Assembly: GCA_964361085.1 (NCBI GenBank)
Contig: CAYHZK010000001.1
Location: 1 to 34,206 of the forward strand
Direction: 5' to 3'
Length of the DNA stretch: 34,206 bases
Origin: an uncultured Planctomycetales bacterium
GTDB lineage: Bacteria > Omnitrophota > Gorgyraeia > Zapsychrales > JANLHA01
The notes beneath the pieces were generated by a model. That model was not told where the DNA came from, ran no database searches, and saw nothing but the letters and a program-made list of their open reading frames with translations. Numbering within the stretch: position 1 is the stretch's first letter; the number at the start of each line of letters is the position of its first letter. Shown in pieces: positions 16,789-26,121 of the stretch. Made by a program: the position numbers and the translations under genes.

Positions 16789-18084
16789 ATGATCGACCGC
16801 TATACGCTATCCAAAATGGGCAACATCTGGACCGATGAGCATAAATTTTCCATTATGCTCAAGATAGAGATTCTCGCCTGTGAGGCCATGTCGGAGCTGG
16901 GTCAAATCCCCAAGAAGTCCCTGGAAAAAATCAAAAAAAGCGCGAAATTCAATATCGAAGAAATCGCGAAGCTGGAAGAGCGCACCAAACACGATATCGT
17001 CGCCTTTATCAATAACGTCGGGCAGTATCTGGGGCCCGAGGCCCGGTATTTGCACATGGGCCTGACCTCCTCGGATCTTTTGGATACCACCTTATCGTTG
17101 CAGTGTGTTGAAGCCAGTGACATCCTCATCGCGGATCTGCGGAAATTTTTGACAGTCTTGAAGATCAAGGCCAAAAAATATAAGGATACCAACTGTATCG
17201 CCCGCACGCATGGGGTCCACGCCGAGCCGATCACCTTCGGTTTGAAACTGGCGGTCTGGTATGACGAAACAAAACGGAATCTGGAGCGTCTCGAGCAGGC
17301 CCGCGAGTGCATGCGCGTGGGGAAGCTTTCCGGCGCTGTCGGGACTTACGCGAATATCGATCCTTTCGTGGAAGAATACGTTTGCAAACAATTGGATCTG
17401 AAACCCGCCAATATCGCAACACAAATCATTCAGCGGGATATCCATTGTCAATTTGTGACAACCCTGGCCCTCGTCGGTTCTTCTCTTAACAAATTCGCCA
17501 CCGAAATTCGTCTTTTGCAGAAAACCGAGGTGCTTGAAGTCGAGGAACCGTTTTTCAAAGGCCAGATCGGGTCATCGGCCATGCCGCATAAGCGCAACCC
17601 GGTCACCTGCGAGCGGATTTCCGGTTTGTCCCGCCTTTTGCGCGCCAATGCTCAGGCGGCTTTTGAGAACATCAGCCTCTGGCACGAACGCGATATCAGC
17701 CACTCGTCGGTCGAGCGGATCATTTTGCCGGACAGCACCATCATCCTCAATTATATGCTGCACAAATTCATTCCCATCGTTGACGGCTTGCTGGTTTATC
17801 CCAAGCACATGATCGCCAGCCTGGGCAAAACGAATGGGCTTATTTATTCGCAGCGAGTCCTTTTGGAGTTGATGAAGAAAGGATTGACCCGCGAAGAGGC
17901 GTATGATGTCATCCAGCATTGCGCCATGCAGGTCTGGCAGGAAACCTCGGATTTCAAGGATGTCCTTTATCGTGACCGCAAGGTCAGGCGATATATGAAA
18001 CCCAGCGAGATCGACGCCTGTTTCGATATCAAATACTACACGCGGTACCGCGATTTTATTTTCAAGCGGGTGGGATTGAAATAA
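16789..18084 (+). CDS. purB: Adenylosuccinate lyase
   Basis: 431 aa. 'MIDRYTLSKMGNIWTDEHKF', 'GLTSSDLLDT' and 'GSSAMPHKRNP' are fumarate-lyase/PurB signatures. Confidence 0.93.
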   Translation: MIDRYTLSKMGNIWTDEHKFSIMLKIEILACEAMSELGQIPKKSLEKIKKSAKFNIEEIAKLEERTKHDIVAFINNVGQYLGPEARYLHMGLTSSDLLDTTLSLQCVEASDILIADLRKFLTVLKIKAKKYKDTNCIARTHGVHAEPITFGLKLAVWYDETKRNLERLEQARECMRVGKLSGAVGTYANIDPFVEEYVCKQLDLKPANIATQIIQRDIHCQFVTTLALVGSSLNKFATEIRLLQKTEVLEVEEPFFKGQIGSSAMPHKRNPVTCERISGLSRLLRANAQAAFENISLWHERDISHSSVERIILPDSTIILNYMLHKFIPIVDGLLVYPKHMIASLGKTNGLIYSQRVLLELMKKGLTREEAYDVIQHCAMQVWQETSDFKDVLYRDRKVRRYMKPSEIDACFDIKYYTRYRDFIFKRVGLK

Positions 18085-18104
18085 GATTAACGTTAAGACA
18101 GGAC

Positions 18105-18821
18105 ATGGATCGACTTATGGAAAAACGGGAAAAAATCTATGAAGGCAAGGCCAAAATCCTTTACGCGACCGATTCTCCGGATTACGTGATCCAGTATTTT
18201 AAGGACGATGCCACGGCGTTCAACGCGGCCAAGAAAGGCACGATCCATGATAAAGGGATCATCAATAACAAGATTTCAACCAGGATTTTTGAGTACCTGC
18301 AAGACAACGGGATCCCGACGCATTTTGAGAAGATATTGAGCGAGCGCGAGATGTTGACCAAACGGGTTGAGATTGTTCCGCTTGAGGTGATCATTCGCAA
18401 TACGGCGGCCGGGTCCTTGTGTCGTCTTTTGGGGATCGAAGAGGGGCGTCCTCTGGCGTCGCCTGTGCTGGAGTTGTGTTATAAGGAAGACAAACTCAAC
18501 GACCCTATGATCAACGAATATCATATCCGCGCCCTCAAGCTGGCCAGCGACGAGGATCTGGAAACCATCAAAAAATACGCTTTTAAGATCAACGACCTGA
18601 TGATCAAGTTCTTCGGTTCGTTGAATATCAATCTGATCGATTTCAAGTTGGAATTCGGAAAATTCAAGGGCAAGATCATCCTCGCTGATGAGATCTCGCC
18701 CGATACCTGTCGTTTATGGGACGCAAAAACCGGGCATAAGCTCGATAAGGATCGTTTCCGCCGGGATTTGGGAAACATCGAAGAAGCCTACCAGGAAGTG
18801 TTAAGCCGAGTTAGCAAGTAG
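18105..18821 (+). CDS. purC: SAICAR synthetase
   Basis: 'IYEGKAKILYAT', 'IPLEVIIRNTAAGS' and 'LADEISPDTCRLWD'. The start may instead be ATG 18117 ('MEKREKIYEGKAK'). Confidence 0.9.
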   Translation: MDRLMEKREKIYEGKAKILYATDSPDYVIQYFKDDATAFNAAKKGTIHDKGIINNKISTRIFEYLQDNGIPTHFEKILSEREMLTKRVEIVPLEVIIRNTAAGSLCRLLGIEEGRPLASPVLELCYKEDKLNDPMINEYHIRALKLASDEDLETIKKYAFKINDLMIKFFGSLNINLIDFKLEFGKFKGKIILADEISPDTCRLWDAKTGHKLDKDRFRRDLGNIEEAYQEVLSRVSK

Positions 18822-18851
18822 TCCCACAGTTTGCTCCCCGTTCTCAAATCT

Positions 18852-21755
18852 ATGCTTTGGCGCGCCGAGATAAAAGAAAAAGAAGGTGTTTTTGACGCCT
18901 TGGGAGAAGGCGTCAAAAAAGACATCGAGGATCTGGGTTTGGTCCGTGTCGACGCGGTCCGTGTCGTCCAGGTTTATCTTATCGAGGGCGAGATCAGCGA
19001 ACCGGCGATCGATCTCATCTGCTCGGAACTTCTGACCGATAAAATCACGCAAGACTACAGTTTTTCTTCCGCGGGATCCTGCCGTTTGAAATCCGGCGAC
19101 GGCGATCATGTCGTCGAGATTGCCTACAATCCCGGAGTCATGGATCCGGTGGAGGAATCAACCCTCAAGGGGATTCGCGATTTGGGAATCCCCGCTGTCG
19201 TTTCTGTCCGCACGGCCAGGCAGTACCATCTCAAAGGCCGGCTCTCGCCGGAACATTTTAAGCTCATCACGGAAAAGGTTCTCGCCAATAAGCTGATCCA
19301 GCATGTTGTCAAAGACTTCTCCCCGGGCGAACACAAAAAGGCCGGCGATAGCGGCCCTCGGGATGTCAGGGTTTTTTGGGTGGATCTTCTTAAGGCCTCG
19401 GACCGTCAGTTGATAACATTGAGTGCCAAGGGGCAGCTTTTCCTGAACCTCGCCGAGATGAAGACCATCCAGAAATATTTTCGCGCCCTGGGGCGCAACC
19501 CGACCGATTGCGAACTGGAGACGATTGCCCAGACCTGGAGCGAGCACTGTCATCACAAGACCTTCCGGGGCAACATCCGCTATCAGACGACGGAAAAGGG
19601 CAAAAAGAAAATCAGGCTGATCCGCAATCTTCTCAAATCGACGATCGCCAGGGCCACGTATGACGTCGACAAGTCCTGGTGCGTCTCGGTTTTTCATGAC
19701 AACGCCGGCATCATCAAATTTGATAAAGACCATCATGTTTGTTTCAAGGTCGAAACCCATAATCATCCGTCCGCCCTGGAGCCGTTTGGCGGGGCCAACA
19801 CCGGGATCGGCGGCGTGATCCGGGATATCCTGGGGACGGGGCTGGGGGCCAAACCGGTGTGCAACACGGATGTTTTTTGTTTCGCGCCGCCGACGATGTC
19901 GTCCGACCGGTTGCCGGCCGGCGCTCTTCATCCCAAACGGGTCATGAAGGGGGTTGTCAGCGGTGTCAGGGACTACGGAAACAAAATGGGAATCCCGACG
20001 GTGAACGGCGCGATCGTGTTTGACCCGGGGTTCGCGGGCAATCCGCTGGTGTATTGCGGGACGGTCGGGCTGATCCCCAGGGGCAAAGAAAAAAAACAGG
20101 TGCGCAGGGGAGATCTGGTTGTGGTTGCGGGAGGACGGACCGGCCGCGACGGGATCCATGGGGCGACGTTTTCTTCCGGCGAGTTGACCAGCGAGTCGGA
20201 GGTGGTCTCCTCCGGCGCCGTCCAGATCGGGCATCCCATTCAGGAAAAGAAAGTTTTAGACGCGCTTTTGAAGGCCCGCGATCTGGATCTTTATTCCGCC
20301 ATCACCGACTGCGGGGCCGGAGGGTTGTCGAGCGCCGTCGGAGAGATGGGGAAAGATGTGGGCGCGCGGATTGAGCTTTCGAAAGTGCCGCTCAAGTATC
20401 AGGGGCTGTCCTATGCCGAAATTTGGATTTCCGAGGCGCAGGAACGGATGGTCTTGTCTGTCCCGCCGCGGAAGGTTGATCAACTGCTTAAGGTTTTTGC
20501 CGACGAGAATGTCGAGGCCACCGTCATCGGCGAATTCGACGGCGGCAAGCGGCTTAAAATTTTTTATCACGAATGCCAGGTCTGTGATCTGGATATGAAA
20601 TTTTTGCATGAAGGGATTCCGCAGATCATCAAAGAAGCGGTCTGGGCCAGGCCGCGGCTTAAGAGTCCGCGTTTTTCCGTTTCAGAAAATCTCAACGAGG
20701 ATTTGCTCAACGTCCTTTCTCATTTTAACGTGTGCTCCAAAGAGTGGGTGGTCCGGCAGTACGATCACGAGGTCCAGGGCGGCAGCATCATCAAGCCTTT
20801 TGTCGGCGAACGCGGCGACGGGCCATCGGACGCGGCCGTCATTTTGCCTAAGCTGGGTTCGATGAAGGGGATTGCCGTTTCGAACGGAATCAATGTCCGT
20901 TTCGGCATGATCGATCCTTACTGGATGGCGGCCGGATGCATTGACGAGGCGATCCGCCAGATCATCGCCGTCGGGGGGAACTTAAAACAGATCGCCCTTC
21001 TCGATAATTTTTGCTGGGGCAATCCTGATAAGGCTGATCGGCTTGGGAGCCTTGTGCGTTGCGCCCAAGGTTGCTATGAGATTGCTGTCGGATACGGTGT
21101 CCCGTTTATCTCCGGCAAAGACAGTTTGTATAATGAATACACCCAGGGCAAAAAATCTCTGGCGATCCCCGGCACGATCCTCATTTCGGCCATCGGCGTT
21201 ATTGACGATGTGACGCGCTGTGTCACCATGGATTTTAAAGAGAGCGGAAACCTCATCTATGTGATCGGCGAGACCAGGGAAGAACTGGGCGGATCGATCT
21301 ATTGGGCGACCCGCGACGCGCTGGGGGACTCCGTCCCGCAGGTCGATGCTAAAAAAGGCGCAGAAATTTTTAACGCGGTCTCCCGGGCGGCCAAAAATGG
21401 TTTTGTGAAATCCCTGCATGATTGTTCGGAAGGCGGGCTTGGGGTCGCGCTGGCGGAGATGGCCTTTGCCGGCGGACGGGGCGTCACGGTCCGGTTGGAC
21501 CAGGCGCCCGGCGCGGCGAAACTGCGGAGGGACGATCATGTTTTGTTTTCGGAATCGCATTCGCGTTTTGTCGCCGAGGTCAGGCCGCGGGATCAGAAAC
21601 GTTTTGAGAAAATTTTAGCGGGATCCGCCTTTGGTCTTGTGGGGCGCGTTGAGGACAGTCCCGAGTTTGTGATCTATGGTCTGGATCATGCCGTTTGCGT
21701 CAATCTGCGCCGCGATGATTTGAGAGAGGCCTGGCGGGCGCCTCTGGCCTGGTGA
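18852..21755 (+). CDS. purL: FGAM synthase subunit fusion PurS-PurS-PurL (two tandem PurS-like modules fused to small-type PurL, no glutaminase domain)
   Basis: PurL core motifs 'TWSEHCHHKTF', 'VETHNHPSALEPFGGA' and 'VSNGINVRFG'. About 185 extra N-terminal residues form two PurS-like repeats (see findings). The start is ATG 18852 or TTG 18831. Confidence 0.88.
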   Translation: MLWRAEIKEKEGVFDALGEGVKKDIEDLGLVRVDAVRVVQVYLIEGEISEPAIDLICSELLTDKITQDYSFSSAGSCRLKSGDGDHVVEIAYNPGVMDPVEESTLKGIRDLGIPAVVSVRTARQYHLKGRLSPEHFKLITEKVLANKLIQHVVKDFSPGEHKKAGDSGPRDVRVFWVDLLKASDRQLITLSAKGQLFLNLAEMKTIQKYFRALGRNPTDCELETIAQTWSEHCHHKTFRGNIRYQTTEKGKKKIRLIRNLLKSTIARATYDVDKSWCVSVFHDNAGIIKFDKDHHVCFKVETHNHPSALEPFGGANTGIGGVIRDILGTGLGAKPVCNTDVFCFAPPTMSSDRLPAGALHPKRVMKGVVSGVRDYGNKMGIPTVNGAIVFDPGFAGNPLVYCGTVGLIPRGKEKKQVRRGDLVVVAGGRTGRDGIHGATFSSGELTSESEVVSSGAVQIGHPIQEKKVLDALLKARDLDLYSAITDCGAGGLSSAVGEMGKDVGARIELSKVPLKYQGLSYAEIWISEAQERMVLSVPPRKVDQLLKVFADENVEATVIGEFDGGKRLKIFYHECQVCDLDMKFLHEGIPQIIKEAVWARPRLKSPRFSVSENLNEDLLNVLSHFNVCSKEWVVRQYDHEVQGGSIIKPFVGERGDGPSDAAVILPKLGSMKGIAVSNGINVRFGMIDPYWMAAGCIDEAIRQIIAVGGNLKQIALLDNFCWGNPDKADRLGSLVRCAQGCYEIAVGYGVPFISGKDSLYNEYTQGKKSLAIPGTILISAIGVIDDVTRCVTMDFKESGNLIYVIGETREELGGSIYWATRDALGDSVPQVDAKKGAEIFNAVSRAAKNGFVKSLHDCSEGGLGVALAEMAFAGGRGVTVRLDQAPGAAKLRRDDHVLFSESHSRFVAEVRPRDQKRFEKILAGSAFGLVGRVEDSPEFVIYGLDHAVCVNLRRDDLREAWRAPLAW

Positions 21756-21788
21756 AGTTCAACGGACAATTCAAGGGAGCGATTGATT

Positions 21789-22463
21789 ATGGCTGTTAAA
21801 AGAAACAAGCCGCAGGAAGAATTTAAAAATCTGGAAGATCCCTGGCGGGTTTTTCGCATCATGTCGGAATTTGTCGACGGATTTGAAGAGTTGTCGCAGG
21901 TGGGCAATGCCGTGAGCATCTTCGGTTCGGCGCGGACCAAGAAGACCCATAAGTATTACCGTCTCGCGGAACAGACGGCGGCGCTTTTGTCCAGGGACGG
22001 ATTTACCGTGATCACCGGCGGCGGCCCGGGGATTATGGAGGCCGGCAACAAGGGAGCGACGAAAGCCGGGGGCGACTCCATCGGGCTTAACATCGACCTC
22101 CCCTTTGAACAGAAACCCAACCCTTACATCAAGACCCTCTTGAATTTTCATTATTTCTTTTGCCGCAAGGTCATGTTCGTCAAATACGCGAAGGCCTTCG
22201 TGATTTTTCCCGGCGGATACGGCACACTGGATGAACTCACGGAAAGTCTTACCCTCATCCAAACGCGGCGGATGGAGCGGTTTCCCGTCGTGCTGGTCGT
22301 GAGCGCGTACTGGAAGGGGTTCGTGGACTGGCTGCGCGACACCGTGGTCGCGGAAAAGAATATCGACCCAGAGGATCTGGATCTTTTTAAGATCGTCGAC
22401 ACGCCCGAGGAGGTCGTTAAAGTGATCCGTAATTTTTATTCGAAGAAAAACAATTCGCATTAG
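21789..22463 (+). CDS. LOG-family / TIGR00730-type Rossmann protein (nucleotide 5'-monophosphate nucleosidase or phosphoribohydrolase family)
   Basis: 'VITGGGPGIMEAGNKGA' and 'FPGGYGTLDELTE' are LOG hallmarks. ATG 21789 has GGGAG 9 nt upstream. The ORF-track start TTG 21783 is less likely. Confidence 0.8.
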   Translation: MAVKRNKPQEEFKNLEDPWRVFRIMSEFVDGFEELSQVGNAVSIFGSARTKKTHKYYRLAEQTAALLSRDGFTVITGGGPGIMEAGNKGATKAGGDSIGLNIDLPFEQKPNPYIKTLLNFHYFFCRKVMFVKYAKAFVIFPGGYGTLDELTESLTLIQTRRMERFPVVLVVSAYWKGFVDWLRDTVVAEKNIDPEDLDLFKIVDTPEEVVKVIRNFYSKKNNSH

Positions 22464-22484
22464 ACGCCAGGGTTACTTTTCAAA

Positions 22485-23288
22485 ATGACCAGCCAACCCC
22501 GAGTGATTGTCCTGCGGACCGCCGGAACGAACTGTGACGGAGAGACGGTTTTTGCGTTTGAACGCTGCGGCGCCGACGTATCGCTGGTCCACATCAACCG
22601 GGTTTTGAGCGGCGAGGTGAATCTTCGGGATTTTCATATTTTGGCGATCCCCGGTGGATTCAGTTATGGCGATGACATCATCTCCGGCCGGATCCTCGCC
22701 AATGAATTGCGCCTGCGGCTGGGGGAAAGCGTCCGGCGGTTTATCGACGACGGGAAATTGATCATCGGCATCTGCAACGGGTTTCAGGTTTTGACGCGCG
22801 CCGGGATCTTGCCGGGCCCGGACGACAATGAGACAATCGGTTTCAAGCAGAATGTGTCCTTGACGCACAATGATTCCGGAAAATTTGAGGACCGGTGGAT
22901 CCATTTGAAATTGTGCGGACGCTCGGTCTGGACCGAGGGCTTGAGCGAAAGGATTTATCTTCCCGTGGCGCACGCCGAAGGGAAATTTGTCCCGCGGGAT
23001 CAAGAATTGCTCGAGAAGATGAAGTCCCATGGTCAGGTGGTCCTTCGGTATTGTTCATCCGACGGCGGCACCCCTGTTTACCCGGACAATCCCAACGGCT
23101 CCGTGGATGATGTCGCCGGCGTCAGCGACAGGACCGGCCGCATCCTGGGGCTCATGCCTCACCCGGAACGGCACTTTCTTTTTATCCAGCATCCTTTCTG
23201 GACACGATTGCCGCGGGGGGAATCCGGCGATGGCGCCAGAATTTTTGAAAACGGCGTAAATTATATTAGGAAAAATTTTGTTTTGTGA
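22485..23288 (+). CDS. purQ: FGAM synthase glutamine amidotransferase subunit PurQ
   Basis: 'IPGGFSYGDD', nucleophile elbow 'GICNGFQVL' and 'MPHPER'. Confidence 0.9.
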   Translation: MTSQPRVIVLRTAGTNCDGETVFAFERCGADVSLVHINRVLSGEVNLRDFHILAIPGGFSYGDDIISGRILANELRLRLGESVRRFIDDGKLIIGICNGFQVLTRAGILPGPDDNETIGFKQNVSLTHNDSGKFEDRWIHLKLCGRSVWTEGLSERIYLPVAHAEGKFVPRDQELLEKMKSHGQVVLRYCSSDGGTPVYPDNPNGSVDDVAGVSDRTGRILGLMPHPERHFLFIQHPFWTRLPRGESGDGARIFENGVNYIRKNFVL

Positions 23289-23317
23289 AGTGCACCACGT
23301 GAAGCGTATTTGAAATT

Positions 23318-24319
23318 ATGAAAACGTTAACGTATAAATCCAGCGGGGTTGATATTGACAAGGCCAACGCCTTTGTCGGCGGCATTCAGGGGATGATGGC
23401 CGCGACGATGAGCAAATCGGTCTTGCAACGCAAGGGCGCCTTTGGCAGTTTGTTTGAGCTGAAGGGGGAATTTAAGAATCCGGTTTTGGTGTCTTCCACC
23501 GACGGTGTCGGGACCAAACTCCTGATCGCCAAGGCCGCGCGTAAACATGATACCGTGGGAATCGATCTCGTGGCGATGAATGTCAACGACATCCTTTGCT
23601 CCGGCGCCAGGCCGCTTTTTTTTCTTGATTACATCGCCTGCGGGAAGGTGAAGGTCGATGTTCTCAGCGAGGTTGTCAAAGGCATCGCCGAAGGATGCCG
23701 TCAGGCCGGCTGCAGTCTGGTGGGCGGCGAGACCGCCGAGATGCCGGGGTTATATAAGGAAGACGATTACGATCTGGCCGGTTTTACCGTGGGGGTTGTC
23801 GAAAAGTCCAGGATCATCGACGGCTCCAGGATCCGGGCGGGCGACCGGATGATCGGCCTGGCCTCGAGCGGGCTGCATTCCAACGGGTTTAGCCTGGCCC
23901 GCAAGGTTTTTTCGGCAAAAGAGCAGCAAGCCATGGCCGGGGAACTACTTCAACCCACGAGGATTTATGTCAAACCGGTTCTGGCGGTTTTGGAAAAATA
24001 CGCTGTCCATGGGATTGCCCACATCACGGGGGGCGCGTTTTATGAGAAATTGACGAAAATCCTTCCGCGGGGAAAATGCTTTGAGGTCGACCGGCAGTCC
24101 TGGCCGGCGCCGAATATATTTCAAAAAATTCAAAAAAAAGGTAAAATAAACGCCTCCGAGATGTTCCGCACCTTTAATATGGGGATCGGCATGGTGCTGG
24201 TGACCTCTCCCTCCGACGTGAAAGGGATTCAAGCGCTGCTGAGCCGGGTCGGGGTTGAATCCTTCGAAATCGGAGGCGTCGTTGCGGATCGGGAGCATAA
24301 GATTAAATTTTTTTCCTGA
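23318..24319 (+). CDS. purM: AIR synthetase
   Basis: 'YKSSGVDIDKAN', 'GAFGSLFEL', 'STDGVGTKL' and 'GGETAEMPG'. Confidence 0.92.
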   Translation: MKTLTYKSSGVDIDKANAFVGGIQGMMAATMSKSVLQRKGAFGSLFELKGEFKNPVLVSSTDGVGTKLLIAKAARKHDTVGIDLVAMNVNDILCSGARPLFFLDYIACGKVKVDVLSEVVKGIAEGCRQAGCSLVGGETAEMPGLYKEDDYDLAGFTVGVVEKSRIIDGSRIRAGDRMIGLASSGLHSNGFSLARKVFSAKEQQAMAGELLQPTRIYVKPVLAVLEKYAVHGIAHITGGAFYEKLTKILPRGKCFEVDRQSWPAPNIFQKIQKKGKINASEMFRTFNMGIGMVLVTSPSDVKGIQALLSRVGVESFEIGGVVADREHKIKFFS

Positions 24320-24331
24320 AGGTGAAAATAT

Positions 24332-25636
24332 ATGAAAGTCTTACTCGTGGGATCAGGCGGACGTGAGCACGTCCTCGCCTGGAAGATCAAAAAAAGTCCG
24401 CTGTTAACCGAACTTTATTGCGCGCCGGGCAACGCCGGGATCGCCGCCGTCGCCCAGTGCGTGGACATCAAAGCCGAAGATGTTCAGGGCCTGTTGCGTT
24501 TTGCCCGGGAGAAGGCGATTGACCTGACGATCGTCGGTCCCGAAGCCCCCCTGGTCGCGGGAATCGTGGATGCCTTTGAAACGGCGGGATTGAAGATTTT
24601 CGGCCCCACCAGGATCGCGGCGCAATTGGAAGGGAGCAAGGTCTTTGCTAAAGAGTTTATGCTGCGGCGCAATATCCCGACCGCAACCTTTATGACCTTC
24701 GACCGGATCGATGACGCCCGGGCGTTTTTGAATAATGCGCAGTTCCCTCTCGTCATCAAGGCCGATGGTCTGGCGTCGGGGAAAGGCGTCGTCATCTGCG
24801 CGACGCGGGATGAAGGGCTCGCCGCGGTTGACCAGATGATGGAGCAAAAAGTTTTTGCCGAGGCCGGCAGCAAGATCGTGGTTGAGGACTGCCTCGAGGG
24901 TGAGGAGGTTTCGATTCTGGCGATCAGCGACGGCGAGAATTTTGTTATTCTGGATTCGGCGCAGGATCACAAAAGAATTTTTGACGACGATCTGGGGCCT
25001 AACACCGGGGGGATGGGTGCTTATTCTCCCGCCCCGCTGGTGACGGCTGCGCTTCGCAAAAAAATCGAATCCCGGATCATCGAGCCGACGATCCGTGGGA
25101 TGCAAAGAGAAGGGACTCCCTTCAAAGGTGTCCTCTACGCCGGGCTCATGATCACCGACCAGGGCCCGCAGGTTCTGGAATACAATGTGCGTTTCGGCGA
25201 TCCGGAGGCGCAGGCGGTTTTGCCGCGCCTTAAGAATGATCTTCTGGACGTGATGCTGGCCGGCTGCGAAGGCCGGCTGAAAGACGTGGAGCTGACGTGG
25301 GACCAGCGCAGTTGTGTCTGTGTCGTCATGAGTTCGGGAGGCTATCCGGGGAAGTTCGAAACGGGATATGAAATCTCCGGTCTTTATTCCGCCCATGAAG
25401 AGACGGACACGTTTGTTTTTCATGCGGGGACAAAACAGGAGGGGCAGAAGGTCGTCACCGCCGGCGGACGCGTGCTGGGGGTGGTCAGTTTAGGCGAGGG
25501 GATCAAGACCGCGATCAACAAAGCGTACGCGGTGGTGGATCATATCAAATTTGAGCATTGCTTTTTCCGTCGGGATATCGGGGCCAGGGCCCTGCGGCGG
25601 TTGAATCAGAAACAACATTTCTCAACGTTGATTTAG
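24332..25636 (+). CDS. purD: GAR synthetase (phosphoribosylamine-glycine ligase)
   Basis: 'MKVLLVGSGGREHVLAWK', 'VIKADGLASGKGV', 'PNTGGMGAYSP' and 'VLEYNVRFGDPE'. Confidence 0.92.
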   Translation: MKVLLVGSGGREHVLAWKIKKSPLLTELYCAPGNAGIAAVAQCVDIKAEDVQGLLRFAREKAIDLTIVGPEAPLVAGIVDAFETAGLKIFGPTRIAAQLEGSKVFAKEFMLRRNIPTATFMTFDRIDDARAFLNNAQFPLVIKADGLASGKGVVICATRDEGLAAVDQMMEQKVFAEAGSKIVVEDCLEGEEVSILAISDGENFVILDSAQDHKRIFDDDLGPNTGGMGAYSPAPLVTAALRKKIESRIIEPTIRGMQREGTPFKGVLYAGLMITDQGPQVLEYNVRFGDPEAQAVLPRLKNDLLDVMLAGCEGRLKDVELTWDQRSCVCVVMSSGGYPGKFETGYEISGLYSAHEETDTFVFHAGTKQEGQKVVTAGGRVLGVVSLGEGIKTAINKAYAVVDHIKFEHCFFRRDIGARALRRLNQKQHFSTLI

Positions 25637-25644
25637 GAGCGCGC

Positions 25645-26118
25645 ATGGACAACATTCAAGTCGGTATCATGATGGGCAGCGCCTCGGACATGCCCGTGAT
25701 GGAAGAGGCCGCGAAGATTTTGAAAGAATTCGGCGTCGGGCACGAGCTGAAGGTCCTGTCCGCGCACCGGACCCCGAAGGAAACAGCGCAATATGCCGAG
25801 GAAGCCCGGGGCCGCGGGATCAAGGTTTTGATCTGCGGCGCGGGCGGTTCCGCCGCGCTGGCGGGGGTCGTCGCCGCGCATACGAGCCTGCCGGTCATCG
25901 GGGTTCCGGTTGAGTCCGTCCTCAATGGCCTGGATTCGCTTTTGTCGACGGTCCAGATGCCGCCGGGTGTTCCTGTCGCGGCCGTCGCGATCGGCAAACC
26001 CGGCGCCAAGAACGCCGCGCTTTTGGCGCTGCGCATCCTGGGGCTGTCGGATGACGGGATCTCCCGTAAACTCGCTGCGTACCAGGACGAGCAGCGCAAA
26101 AAGGTTTTGGAGTCATAA
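25645..26118 (+). CDS. purE: N5-CAIR mutase PurE (class I-type loop)
   Basis: The start was moved to ATG 25645 (AGGAG 6 nt upstream). 'VGIMMGSASDMPVM', 'VLSAHRTPKE' and 'LPVIGVPV'. Confidence 0.9.
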   Translation: MDNIQVGIMMGSASDMPVMEEAAKILKEFGVGHELKVLSAHRTPKETAQYAEEARGRGIKVLICGAGGSAALAGVVAAHTSLPVIGVPVESVLNGLDSLLSTVQMPPGVPVAAVAIGKPGAKNAALLALRILGLSDDGISRKLAAYQDEQRKKVLES

Positions 26119-26121
26119 TCC

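Noticed and set aside
19158-20234. Long antisense ORFs: 358 aa opposite purL, 24404-25423 opposite purD, 26164-27243 opposite the tsaC fusion, 2361-3080 opposite mod, 3593-4384 opposite the AlbA_2-like gene, and 7135-7809 across res/pgi.
   Set aside because: The sense strand carries proteins with unmistakable family motifs in every case. The antisense translations are Arg/Pro/Gly-rich low-complexity sequences with no recognisable motifs or SD. They are typical shadow ORFs.
25558-25644. The 29-aa N-terminal extension of purE overlapping the 3' end of purD.
   Set aside because: ATG 25645 has AGGAG 6 nt upstream and gives the canonical PurE N-terminus ('VGIMMGSASD' about 6 residues in). The extension is just open frame within purD.
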